A stretch of 64,000 bases of DNA from positions 6,107-70,106 of the forward strand of contig DASQHY010000107.1 in NCBI GenBank assembly GCA_035631855.1. The letters run 5' to 3'. The stretch is from Candidatus Acidiferrales bacterium. GTDB lineage: Bacteria; Acidobacteriota; Terriglobia; Acidiferrales; UBA7541. Made by a program: the position numbers and the translations under genes. How positions within the stretch are numbered: position 1 is the first letter of the stretch; every line of letters starts with the position of its first letter. Shown one piece after another: positions 38,085 through 46,786 of the stretch. The notes under the pieces were generated by a model. It saw nothing but the letters and a program-made list of their open reading frames with translations, did not search any database and was not told the origin of the DNA.

Positions 38085-39233
38085 CTACGTGTGGGCTAAT
38101 CGGCTCAGCTCGGTATGGATTTGAATGACTCGAAGGATGGAGTCGCGCGTCACCATACCTATGATGTGCTTACCCCCAGGGTCATCCGAGGACCCGCCAA
38201 TGACCGGCACTTGATTGACGTCCGTCGCCAGCATGCGCTCGAGCAGCGGCAGCAGCGCTTCATCGGGTGCGGCCCAGAATACTTTCTCCGGGGGCATCAT
38301 GGCCGCCTGAACGGAAGTCACCGGCCATTCTTCGCGCGGCACGCGATTGAGCGCGTGGACGTTCATCATCCCGAGGAGGTGCCCGTCGGAAACGACCAGG
38401 TGACACCGGCGCCCGGTGCGCAGAACTTCGTGGCCGTAGGCTTCCAGGGAGATCTCGCGGCCTATCGTGGGGATCTCCTGGCTCATCACATCGGCGGCGC
38501 GCAACCCGGCGAGGGCTCCGCGAATGGCCACCTGCGCGACGCTTTCTTGCGCGGCCGTCAAAAGGAACCAGCCGATGAAGGCCAGCCAGATCCCGTTGAT
38601 CAAACTTCCACCGAGGGCAATCACCGCACCCAGGACGATCATTCCGTAGGCAATCAACTGCCCGCTGCGCGCGGCAATCCGCGTGGCGCGCTCGAAGTTG
38701 TGCGTCGCCCCCCACACGATTGCCCGAAAAATGCGCCCGCCATCCAGCGGAAATCCGGGAACGAGGTTGAAAGTTGCCAGGCCGAAGTTTACCCAGGCGA
38801 GCCAGAAGGCCAGCGCGCCAAGCATCTCCAAAGAAGGAAAAGAACTCTTCACCAGCCAGAAGGCAGCCGCAAGGAAATAGCTTGATAACGGCCCGGCAAT
38901 GGCGATGTTGAATTCCTGCTTGGCGCTGCTTGGTTCGCGGCCGATACGAGCCACACCGCCAAACACGAACAGCGTGATCGAGACCACGGGAATGCGGTAG
39001 TGGAGTGCGACCACGCTGTGGGAAAGCTCGTGGAACAGCACGGACGCAAAAAAGAACAAGCTGGTCAGAATCCCCAAGCCCCAATGTTGTGTGCGAGACC
39101 AGTGCGGATGCTGCTGCGAGAATTGCGTGGCCAGCGACAGCGTGATCAGCGCAAAGATGAGCAGCCAGGTTGGGTGGAGGTAAATTGGAATTCCAAAGAC
39201 CCGCGCAATCCGCAATCCCGAACCCTGAATCAT
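38085..39233 (-). CDS. site-2 protease (M50) family metalloprotease with tandem CBS domains
   Basis: HELSH (HExxH) in a TM helix, the FNLVPGFPLDGG motif, and a C-terminal CBS pair. I chose the internal ATG 39233 (MIQGSGLRIARVFGIPIYLH). Confidence 0.85.
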   Translation of the reverse strand: MIQGSGLRIARVFGIPIYLHPTWLLIFALITLSLATQFSQQHPHWSRTQHWGLGILTSLFFFASVLFHELSHSVVALHYRIPVVSITLFVFGGVARIGREPSSAKQEFNIAIAGPLSSYFLAAAFWLVKSSFPSLEMLGALAFWLAWVNFGLATFNLVPGFPLDGGRIFRAIVWGATHNFERATRIAARSGQLIAYGMIVLGAVIALGGSLINGIWLAFIGWFLLTAAQESVAQVAIRGALAGLRAADVMSQEIPTIGREISLEAYGHEVLRTGRRCHLVVSDGHLLGMMNVHALNRVPREEWPVTSVQAAMMPPEKVFWAAPDEALLPLLERMLATDVNQVPVIGGSSDDPGGKHIIGMVTRDSILRVIQIHTELSRLAHT

Positions 39234-39351
39234 CTCCAAGCCGCTCCTTTCCGGAAGCCTATCACAGCGCCGCCAAGTTGTCCGTGCTCCAAGAACATCG
39301 AACCGGGAATGCGTCCAAATCTCCACTAAAGCATGTGATATAGCGCAACGC

Positions 39352-39367
39352 TGTGTCAGGAATCACA
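39352..39367. promoter_or_regulatory. CRP/FNR-like palindrome
   Basis: TGTGT-CAGGAA-TCACA matches 9 of 10 positions of TGTGA-N6-TCACA. It lies in the divergent intergenic region. Confidence 0.2.
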
Positions 39368-39473
39368 CGCCTCACGTGAACCGTGCCTCGCTGTAAGCCT
39401 ATTGTTTTCATCATCTTAAGTCTTGGCCATCGCTTTGCCACTTGCTCAGCGAACGGCAACGAAAGAGGAGACG

Positions 39474-40226
39474 ATGATGCGGCGAAGCGCTCTCGGAAAT
39501 TGGGTTCGGCACTCGTTCATAAATCGCGGCGGGATCTATCTCAGGACATCCGGTTGTCCCGCGCGCCCGGCGTCGAGCATTACAACGAAAGGCAAGCTTG
39601 CGGGTGTGATGGCAGCGCTGCTGATAGCGGTCGCCGAGTCAAAGGCGCAGGGCGACACGCCCGCAACCTCTCCGCGCCAGCCTGAGGCCAGGACAGCGGT
39701 CGTGCGGCGCATCGTCGTGAGCATTCCGGACCGGAAATTGGCGGTGATCGAAAACGGGAAGGTCGTCAAGATTTATCGCGTGGGTGTCGGAGCGAAAGAC
39801 AGTCCCAGCCCGTCGGGCGAATTCAAAATTATCAATCGCATTCAGAAGCCTACGTACTACGCGCCGGGAGTGGAGATTCCCGCCGGCGAGGACAATCCGC
39901 TGGGGCCGCGCTGGATTGGGCTGAGCCTCAGCCATTTCGGGATTCACGGGACCAATCAGCCGCGCTCGATCGGACGTTACGCCTCGCACGGGTGCATCCG
40001 CATGCGCAACGCCGATGTGGAGGAACTTTTCGAGCGCGTGCGCGTGGGCGACGCCATTGTGCTGGCTGGCGAGCGCACGGAAGAGATTGCGCAGATTTTT
40101 GGCGGCGCGCCGGTTGTGGTGCTGACAGCGGCTGAGCGCAGCGAGGATCCCAAGCAGCCCGGTGCAACTGCGAGCACAGAAGGCGCCGCGGAGCAGAAAG
40201 CCCTTGCGACTGGACAGGAGCAGTAG
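39474..40226 (+). CDS. L,D-transpeptidase (YkuD domain)
   Basis: Catalytic motif HGT...SHGCIRM. ATG 39474 is preceded by GAGGAG. Confidence 0.85.
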   Translation: MMRRSALGNWVRHSFINRGGIYLRTSGCPARPASSITTKGKLAGVMAALLIAVAESKAQGDTPATSPRQPEARTAVVRRIVVSIPDRKLAVIENGKVVKIYRVGVGAKDSPSPSGEFKIINRIQKPTYYAPGVEIPAGEDNPLGPRWIGLSLSHFGIHGTNQPRSIGRYASHGCIRMRNADVEELFERVRVGDAIVLAGERTEEIAQIFGGAPVVVLTAAERSEDPKQPGATASTEGAAEQKALATGQEQ

Positions 40227-40267
40227 CGGCAGTTTGACCCCAGCCGGGCACCGAACAGGAGGAAGAC

Positions 40268-40465
40268 ATGGACGACGTGCTGGTAGCAGTGATGGTGACC
40301 GTTGGAATGCTGACGATTTCCGTCTTCTTGGCGCTGGTGGCTGAGTGGGTGTGCCTGGAGGGGGCGTTCCGCCTGATGGCCCTTGCGCCATCGCGCAACA
40401 CGGCGCGGGCGAATGCTGAGAAGCCGCGGCCCGCAAGTACGCAAGCGCCTGCGTTTTGGCGCTGA
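40268..40465 (+). CDS. small membrane protein, hypothetical
   Basis: 65 aa with one hydrophobic helix (VLVAVMVTVGMLTISVFLALVAEWV). There is a strong SD (AGGAGG) 5-6 nt upstream. No family was recognised. Confidence 0.4.
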   Translation: MDDVLVAVMVTVGMLTISVFLALVAEWVCLEGAFRLMALAPSRNTARANAEKPRPASTQAPAFWR

Positions 40466-40528
40466 ACTGCGCGCGAAACCCGGATTAGCCGGCAAGAAAC
40501 TCAAGCCGGCCAAAAAGGAGAACGTGCA

Positions 40529-41911
40529 ATGCTGTTCTTGAGGTTCTTGCTGATTGCAGTGGGCGTCGCATTGTTCGGCGGCGCATCGGGAGTGGTGGCG
40601 TACGACATTTACCTCGCGGCACAGCTACGCCGGCTGCTGGGTCGCAAGTCACAAGAAGGCGGAACCGACGCCGGGGAGAAGCCGCTTCGCCCTTTATCGC
40701 CGGTCCGGTGGAAACTGGCGCGGCAACTGGCCGCGCTGGGAGTCGCGCCGTTTCTGCTGGGATCGAGCATCGTGGTAGTGCCCGACGCATCGGCGGGAGT
40801 GCGCGTCAGCCAAATTTCCGGAACTCGTCCGGGAACGCTCTATCCCGGCGTCCACCTGGTTGTGCCCCTGGTGGACCGCGTCGTCATTTATGACTTGCGC
40901 GAGCACGTGTTCAGCACGCGCACGGACGAGGCGGAGTCGAAGGAAGCGCGCGAAAAGGGGGCCGGCATGCTTCGCGTACAGGCGCGCGAAGGGCTTTCCA
41001 TTGGACTGGCGGTCACGGTGCGGTATCGGCTCGATCCGCGCCGCCTCGACACCATCCACTCGACCCTCGCCCAGCCATTTGACGAGGAAGTGGTTGCACC
41101 GACGGTGTCGGCCGTCTTCCGGCAGCTCGCGCCCAACTATATCGTGAGAGAAGTCTTCGCCACGAAACGCGATGAGCTCCGGCAGAAGGCCGCCGACACA
41201 ATCACCGCGCGTTTGGCCGGCGACGGTATCCTGGTGAAGGAAGTGATGCTGCGCGACATCCAGCTTCCCCCCGAGTACGCCAAGGGGCTCGAAGGCTTGT
41301 TGCTCAAGGAGCAGGAGAACGAGCAGCTCGGCACGGAAGCGGAGATCAAGCAGAAGGAAGTCCACATCGCCGAACTCGAAGCCGAAGCGCAGAAGACGCG
41401 GCAAATCAAACAGGCCGAGGCCGCCGCGCAAGTGCGCGTGCTCCAGGCCAAGGCGGAATCCGATTCCATGCAGTACACCCTGCCGCTCAAACAGAAACAG
41501 ATCGAGCAGAGCAAGCTCGAAGCGGCCGCGCGCAAAGAGGCGACGCTGCAGAACGCCGAAGCCGCCGCCCAGGCCAAAGTGATTGACAGCAAGGCCGAGC
41601 TCGAGCGGCAAAGACTCCTCGCCGATGGCGAAGCCAATCGCATCCGCGTGACTGCCGCGGCCGACTCCGAACGAATGAAACTGGAAGCGCTGGTGCTGAA
41701 ACAGAATCCGATGCTGATTCAGAAGATCATCGCCGAGCGGCTCTCGGACAAGCTGCAAATCATGATGGTGCCGACTGACGGGAAGTATTTCTTCGCGAGC
41801 GACGTCATGCGCTCGGCCTTCAGCGGAGGTGCTGCGCAAACCGACGGCACCGACGATCCCAACGATCCGCCGGCGAGCACTGCGGGGCGAAGATCGAACC
41901 GGAGGCGTTAA
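40529..41911 (+). CDS. SPFH/band-7 (flotillin/prohibitin-like) membrane protein with long coiled coil
   Basis: 460 aa. N-terminal TM helix, an SPFH core, then an E/A/K/Q-rich heptad region. SD AAGGAG. Confidence 0.85.
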   Translation: MLFLRFLLIAVGVALFGGASGVVAYDIYLAAQLRRLLGRKSQEGGTDAGEKPLRPLSPVRWKLARQLAALGVAPFLLGSSIVVVPDASAGVRVSQISGTRPGTLYPGVHLVVPLVDRVVIYDLREHVFSTRTDEAESKEAREKGAGMLRVQAREGLSIGLAVTVRYRLDPRRLDTIHSTLAQPFDEEVVAPTVSAVFRQLAPNYIVREVFATKRDELRQKAADTITARLAGDGILVKEVMLRDIQLPPEYAKGLEGLLLKEQENEQLGTEAEIKQKEVHIAELEAEAQKTRQIKQAEAAAQVRVLQAKAESDSMQYTLPLKQKQIEQSKLEAAARKEATLQNAEAAAQAKVIDSKAELERQRLLADGEANRIRVTAAADSERMKLEALVLKQNPMLIQKIIAERLSDKLQIMMVPTDGKYFFASDVMRSAFSGGAAQTDGTDDPNDPPASTAGRRSNRRR

Positions 41912-41917
41912 CGAGTT

Positions 41918-42031
41918 CCGCTAGCCGAAAACCCTGCGGGTGGCCCGCCGGGGAATCGAACCGACGAGGAGACCGCCGCCTCCGGAATCCCGTTCGAATC
42001 CCAGGCGCAGCCACCCGGCTAGCGGTTTTTT
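41918..42031 (+). terminator. 114-nt extended imperfect hairpin ending in U6 (oversized terminator, structured RNA or MITE-like element)
   Basis: P1 is 41918-41927 / 42016-42025 (10 bp, CCGCTAGCCG/CGGCTAGCGG). P2 is GGTGGC/GCCACC. P3 is CGCC/GGCG. P4 is GGGAATCGAAC / GTTCGAATCCC (11 bp with one A.A mismatch). The apical stem is GAGG/CCTC. TTTTTT follows at 42026-42031. Confidence 0.45.
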
Positions 42032-42079
42032 CTGAACAGAGAGCCAATCCTCAGACCACGATTGGCCGCGGTTTGCCGA

Positions 42080-45000
42080 CTAATTATTCTTCGGGTACTT
42101 CGGCCGCGGGGGAATGCCCGGATACTTCTTCAAGGCTTCCTTTGCAAGCTCGATGGCCTTTTCGAGTTGCGGGTCATGTCCGGAGACGACGAGGTCAGGA
42201 CGCTGATCGACATCGTAATCCGGATCCACGCCGTGGTTTTCGACGATCCATTCTCCGCCGTTGTCCGTGGACCAGAAGGCAAACTCCGGCGCAGTCACGG
42301 CTCCGCCGTCGCGCAGCGGGATGATGCGTGCGATGCCAACCAGCCCGCCCCAGGTGCGCTTGCCGACAATCGGGCCAATCTTCTCGCGGCGGAAGAACCA
42401 CGGAAAGGCGTCGCCGCCCGAGCCGGCCAGTTCGTTGACGATCATCACCTTCGGACCGAAAATTGCTATCGGCGGCCAGGGCGTATCTTTGCCTTCGCGC
42501 CCGGCGAGCAGGGAAAGGAGTTGGCGGCGAAGTTTCTCGGTGTAAAAGTCGGGGATTTGTCCGCCCTGATTGTAGCGCTCGTCCACGATGAGTCCGTCCT
42601 TGTCGAGTTGCGCGTTAAATTGTTTGTCGAACTGGATGATGCCGGGGATGGTGGTGTCGGGGACATAAATGTACCCGATGCGGCCACCGGTTGCTTCGGA
42701 GACGATGCGGCGGTTGTCTTCCATCCACGCAAGCCAGCGCACGCCCGCTTCACTGGCCGTGGGTTTCACGACAATCTCCCACGCGCCTTCGGGACTCGGT
42801 TTGCTGTTGACCTTGAGAGTGACCACTTGTCCCGCGAGATTCTGGAAATAGGAATACGGGCTGGCGTTTGCCCGGGCTGGCTCCCCGTTGACGGCGATCA
42901 AGTAATCGCCCTGCTTGACCTTCAGCCCCGGCTCCGTGAGGGGTGAGCGGGTCTGCTCGTCCCAATTCTCGCCGGGGTAGATTTTCTTGAAGCGGTAGTA
43001 GCCGCCATCGGATTCGAAATCCACACCCAGCAGGCCCACGCCAATGCGCCTGCGGTCAGGCTGATCGCCGCCGCCGACGTAGGTGTGCGACGTGCTCAGT
43101 TCGGCGATCATTTCGCCGATGATGTAATTCAAATCGCTGCGATGCGCCACCCAGGGAAGCAGCGCCTCGTAGCGCTTGCCGATCTTGTTCCAATCATGTC
43201 CGGTCATGTCCGGATCCCAGTAGAAATCGCGCTCGATGCGCCATGCCTCGTGGAAAATCTGCTTCCACTCCTCGCGAAAGTCCACAAGCACCTGAAGGCT
43301 TTGGACGTTCAGTTTGCCTTCGCCCACTTTTGCCTTTCCGGGCACGGCCTCCACGATTCCAAACGTATCGGGACCCGCGCGATAAATCAGCTTGCCGCCG
43401 TCCTTGTCGAGCTCGTAGCCGCCGATTCCCTCGAGGAGAGCTTTGTCCTCGCGCTTGGTGACATCGAAAACATGCAGCACGCCGCGCGGCCTCGGAGGGC
43501 CGGGCAGAGCCGCCTGCGTCGCTTCCATGGGAATCGAGATGTAGAAGAACTTGTCCTTGCGCGCCTCCAACCTCCGGTAGATTCCCGCAGCAATCGGCGC
43601 GGCAACCACGCGGCTCTGGATGCCGTCGGTGTCAACCTGGATGGGCTTGACGGCCTTGTCGTCCGCCTTCTTTTCCTCGCCCTTTTTCTCCTCACCCTTT
43701 TTCTCTTCATTCTTGCCGTTGGCCGCGGGCTTCGCCTCGCCACCCTCTTTCTTCTCGTCTTTCTTTTCCTCCGCGGCCTTCTCTTCATCGCTTTGCGGGC
43801 CGAAGGGGGAGGCTTCGTCCGCCTTGAGTGTGACGCCGAAGACCCCGTCGGTGCTGTAGTAATTGAACCGTTGATCGAGTTGGCCGGAGCTCGGATAGAA
43901 ATACCGTTGCGAAAGGAAGTAGAGATACTTCCCGTTGGAATCGAACGCCGGCTCGAAATCGTTGTAGAACCCGTCGGACACCTGGAATTTCTTTTTCTGT
44001 TCGAGGGAATAGAGGAACACCAGGCTGGAGCCGCGCCGGTCGGGATTCGCGTAAGCGACCCAGCGGCTGTCGGGCGACCACGAGCCTCCGGGAATTTGTC
44101 CCCAGTCGCTCTGGTCAATCAGGACAGGCTTCTTTTCCTCGATGTCCACGTACCAGAGGCGCTGCTTCTTGTCCCAGAAGAGCAGTTTCTTGTTGTCGGG
44201 AGACCACACCGGGCCGTACCGGTACATTCCACCATCGGTGGTGACGCGCTTTTCGTCGCCCCCCATTTGCGGACGGATATAGAGCTCGTACTCGCCGGTG
44301 CGGTCGGCGAGGTACGCAATCCATTTTCCGTCGGGTGACCAGGCTGGATTCAGTTCGTGAACGCTGGAACTGTCGGCGAGATTGCGCGCGCTGCCGTGTT
44401 CGGTGGGAACTGTGAAAATGTTTCCGCGCGCTTCGAACACCGCGCGCACACCCGTGGGAGAAATCGAATAGCTTCCGATGTTGCCGGCAACGGTCTTGAT
44501 TTCCGGGCGCGCGATGACGTCGTCGCTGTTGACCGTAATCGGCATGCCGCTGGTCTTCCCACTCGCAAGGTCATAGGAATAAAGAAGCCCGCCGTTTTCA
44601 AAAACGATGGCGTCCGGACCGAGGCTCGGCCACTTGACGTCATATTCCGCGTAATTGGTGAGTTTCTTGGTCTGCTTCGAACCGAGGTCATAGCTGTAGA
44701 GGTTCATCACTTTGTCGCGGTCGGAAATAAAATAAATGGTGTTCCCATGCCACATGGGGAAGAGGTCCATGCCATTGGTCTTTGGGAGTTCCTCGTACTT
44801 GTTGTTTTTCAGATCGTAGATGCCGATGGCCGGGCTCCAGCCGCCGCGATACCGCTTCCACGTGCGAAATTCCTGGGAAGTGGAAAGGAATGCAATGCGG
44901 TTTCCGTCGGGAGAAAAGCTGGTGAGGCTGGCGCGGGGCACCGGAAGCATTTTTTCCTCGCCCCCTTCGGGCGACACAAGAAATAGGCGCGTGTAGCGCC

Positions 45001-45409
45001 CCGGCGGCGCGCTGAAGCGGTCGGAGCGGAACAAAATGTATTTCCCGTCGGGAGTCCATCCCAGCACGATGTCGTTCGAAGGATGGAACGTCAGACGGCG
45101 CGGTTCGCCGCCTTGCGATGGAATCACATACACGTCTTGATTCCCGTCGTATTCCCCCGTGAAGGCGATCCACTTCCCGTCAGGAGAGAACTTCGGAAAG
45201 AGCTCGTCCCCCGGATAGGAAGTCAGACGGCGCGCCGAGCCGCCGGAGCGCGGCGAAATCCACAGATCGCCCGCGTAGGCAAACACCACGTTGTCTTTGG
45301 AAATGTCCGCGTAGCGAAGCAGGTGCGTGGGTCCTTGCGGAGCAGCCTCTGCGCACACCGAGCCCAAAAACAAAACTGCACACACCACGAGCCACGTTCT
45401 CTTCAGCAT
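42080..45409 (-). CDS. tricorn-like protease (beta-propeller domains plus S41 peptidase domain)
   Basis: About 1109 aa from ATG 45409 (SD GGGAGGA). Signal peptide, TolB/WD40-like repeats (SPDGKWIAF, SPDGNRIAF, SPDGKWIAY), and a C-terminal S41 domain (GYIYVPDT, NELAGSGGD). Confidence 0.88.
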   Translation of the reverse strand: MLKRTWLVVCAVLFLGSVCAEAAPQGPTHLLRYADISKDNVVFAYAGDLWISPRSGGSARRLTSYPGDELFPKFSPDGKWIAFTGEYDGNQDVYVIPSQGGEPRRLTFHPSNDIVLGWTPDGKYILFRSDRFSAPPGRYTRLFLVSPEGGEEKMLPVPRASLTSFSPDGNRIAFLSTSQEFRTWKRYRGGWSPAIGIYDLKNNKYEELPKTNGMDLFPMWHGNTIYFISDRDKVMNLYSYDLGSKQTKKLTNYAEYDVKWPSLGPDAIVFENGGLLYSYDLASGKTSGMPITVNSDDVIARPEIKTVAGNIGSYSISPTGVRAVFEARGNIFTVPTEHGSARNLADSSSVHELNPAWSPDGKWIAYLADRTGEYELYIRPQMGGDEKRVTTDGGMYRYGPVWSPDNKKLLFWDKKQRLWYVDIEEKKPVLIDQSDWGQIPGGSWSPDSRWVAYANPDRRGSSLVFLYSLEQKKKFQVSDGFYNDFEPAFDSNGKYLYFLSQRYFYPSSGQLDQRFNYYSTDGVFGVTLKADEASPFGPQSDEEKAAEEKKDEKKEGGEAKPAANGKNEEKKGEEKKGEEKKADDKAVKPIQVDTDGIQSRVVAAPIAAGIYRRLEARKDKFFYISIPMEATQAALPGPPRPRGVLHVFDVTKREDKALLEGIGGYELDKDGGKLIYRAGPDTFGIVEAVPGKAKVGEGKLNVQSLQVLVDFREEWKQIFHEAWRIERDFYWDPDMTGHDWNKIGKRYEALLPWVAHRSDLNYIIGEMIAELSTSHTYVGGGDQPDRRRIGVGLLGVDFESDGGYYRFKKIYPGENWDEQTRSPLTEPGLKVKQGDYLIAVNGEPARANASPYSYFQNLAGQVVTLKVNSKPSPEGAWEIVVKPTASEAGVRWLAWMEDNRRIVSEATGGRIGYIYVPDTTIPGIIQFDKQFNAQLDKDGLIVDERYNQGGQIPDFYTEKLRRQLLSLLAGREGKDTPWPPIAIFGPKVMIVNELAGSGGDAFPWFFRREKIGPIVGKRTWGGLVGIARIIPLRDGGAVTAPEFAFWSTDNGGEWIVENHGVDPDYDVDQRPDLVVSGHDPQLEKAIELAKEALKKYPGIPPRPKYPKNN

Positions 45410-45595
45410 TTTGCCAATCCTCCCGTCGTTCCTGTCCAAGGCGAGACCTTTTCCAGCAAGGACGCCCACATGGGTGCCGCTCGACAGGCACACATTCCCC
45501 GAGTTGTTATACGCACGAGAGCAGAAAAGGTTTCGTCGGTATCTGTGGATTGCCGGGTCTCATCCACCGCTGTGCTAAGATACATTTCTGTCCCC

Positions 45596-46786
45596 GTGCG
45601 TTGCGAACACAAAGAATCCGGACACCACTCGCCGGCATGTTCTTCGTTGTTTTTTCTCCTGGCGGTTCTTCTTTCCTTCGTTCCCGCCGCAAAAGCAGAT
45701 GCCCTGGAAGACGCCGCGCGGCAACTGGCGCAGAAAATCACGGGAGCGCTGCCTCCCTATGTGCCTGCGTTCCTGACCGTCCAAAACACTTCGTCTCTCA
45801 GCGACGTACAGGTGTCGGCCGTGCGCAGCGCGCTGCAAGCGGCTTTGGAGAAAGCAGGGTTCAAGTTTTCGTCGGATAGTCACAGCCAGGGACAAATCCG
45901 CATTACGTTGTCAGAATCTTTGGCGGGATATCTTTGGATTACGGAAGTTCGCCGCGGCGAGCTGTCCACCGTCCTGATGACGTCAATTGACGGCGGAAAG
46001 CTGCAAGGGATTCAGGCCGCTGCTTCCTTGGTCATTCGGCGCGAACTTCTATGGGAGCAGGAAACGGTGATCCTCGATGTCGCCTTTGGCGCAAAGGGAA
46101 GTGAAGCGGGCGAAATGAGGGTGCTCGCACGCGGGGAATTCTCCTCGTATTCTTCGAGGGGCGGGGCCTGGGTTCGTACAGGCGTCACTCCCATTCCCAG
46201 GTTATCGGCGTGGCCGCGCGAAGCGCGCGGCCTCTTGTACTCCGCGCCGGACATGCAAGGCGTGTCTTTTCAAGGTGAAGACTGCAGGTTTAATGCACAG
46301 AAGACAACTGGTGGATGGGCGTGCCAACCTACAAAAGCGCAGCAACCCTTGCCTCCCGGTCTCGAGTACGTTGTCACCGGGAAAAAAGGACCGCCGTGGC
46401 TTTCTGCGGCGACTCTTCAGGTAGATGGGAAACCTGCCGTGGTTATTTCCGGGATCGATGGCAAGTCCCGCCTCTACATGGAAGGCGCTGAGCCATTGGC
46501 GGACTTTGCAGGATGGGGAAGCGAGGTCGCAAGCGTACGGAGCGGGTGCGGAAGCGGATGGCAGCTCCTGGTGACGGGCAAGGGCGATTGGACGGTCCCC
46601 GATACGATTCAGGCTTTTGAGATTCGTGGACCGCAGGCGGCCTCGGTGAGCCCGGCCGTGGAGTTCTCCGGTCCAGTGACGGCGCTGCACACCTCCGAAG
46701 ATTCGAAGACAGCGATCGCTGTGGTAAAGAACTTGGTGACGAATCATTATGAGGCTTATCGCCTTTCGGTTGCTTGCGAGAGGTAG
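45596..46786 (+). CDS. hypothetical secreted protein
   Basis: The long ORF can only start after the divergent protease gene. GTG 45596 gives a signal-like N-terminus (LFFLLAVLLSFVPAAKA). No family was recognised and the start is uncertain. Confidence 0.5.
   Translation: MRCEHKESGHHSPACSSLFFLLAVLLSFVPAAKADALEDAARQLAQKITGALPPYVPAFLTVQNTSSLSDVQVSAVRSALQAALEKAGFKFSSDSHSQGQIRITLSESLAGYLWITEVRRGELSTVLMTSIDGGKLQGIQAAASLVIRRELLWEQETVILDVAFGAKGSEAGEMRVLARGEFSSYSSRGGAWVRTGVTPIPRLSAWPREARGLLYSAPDMQGVSFQGEDCRFNAQKTTGGWACQPTKAQQPLPPGLEYVVTGKKGPPWLSAATLQVDGKPAVVISGIDGKSRLYMEGAEPLADFAGWGSEVASVRSGCGSGWQLLVTGKGDWTVPDTIQAFEIRGPQAASVSPAVEFSGPVTALHTSEDSKTAIAVVKNLVTNHYEAYRLSVACER

Noticed and set aside
41938-42016. 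Possible tRNA or tRNA-Sec gene, suggested by GGTTCGATTCC / GTTCGAATCC T-loop-like motifs and a GGGTGGC/GCCACCC acceptor-like stem.
   Set aside because: On neither strand do the 5 nt flanking the T-loop pair. GUCGG/CCCCG gives 2 bp and UCCCG/CCCAG gives 1 bp. No 5-bp/7-nt anticodon arm can be drawn, and the length does not fit a cloverleaf. I treat it as a long hairpin instead.
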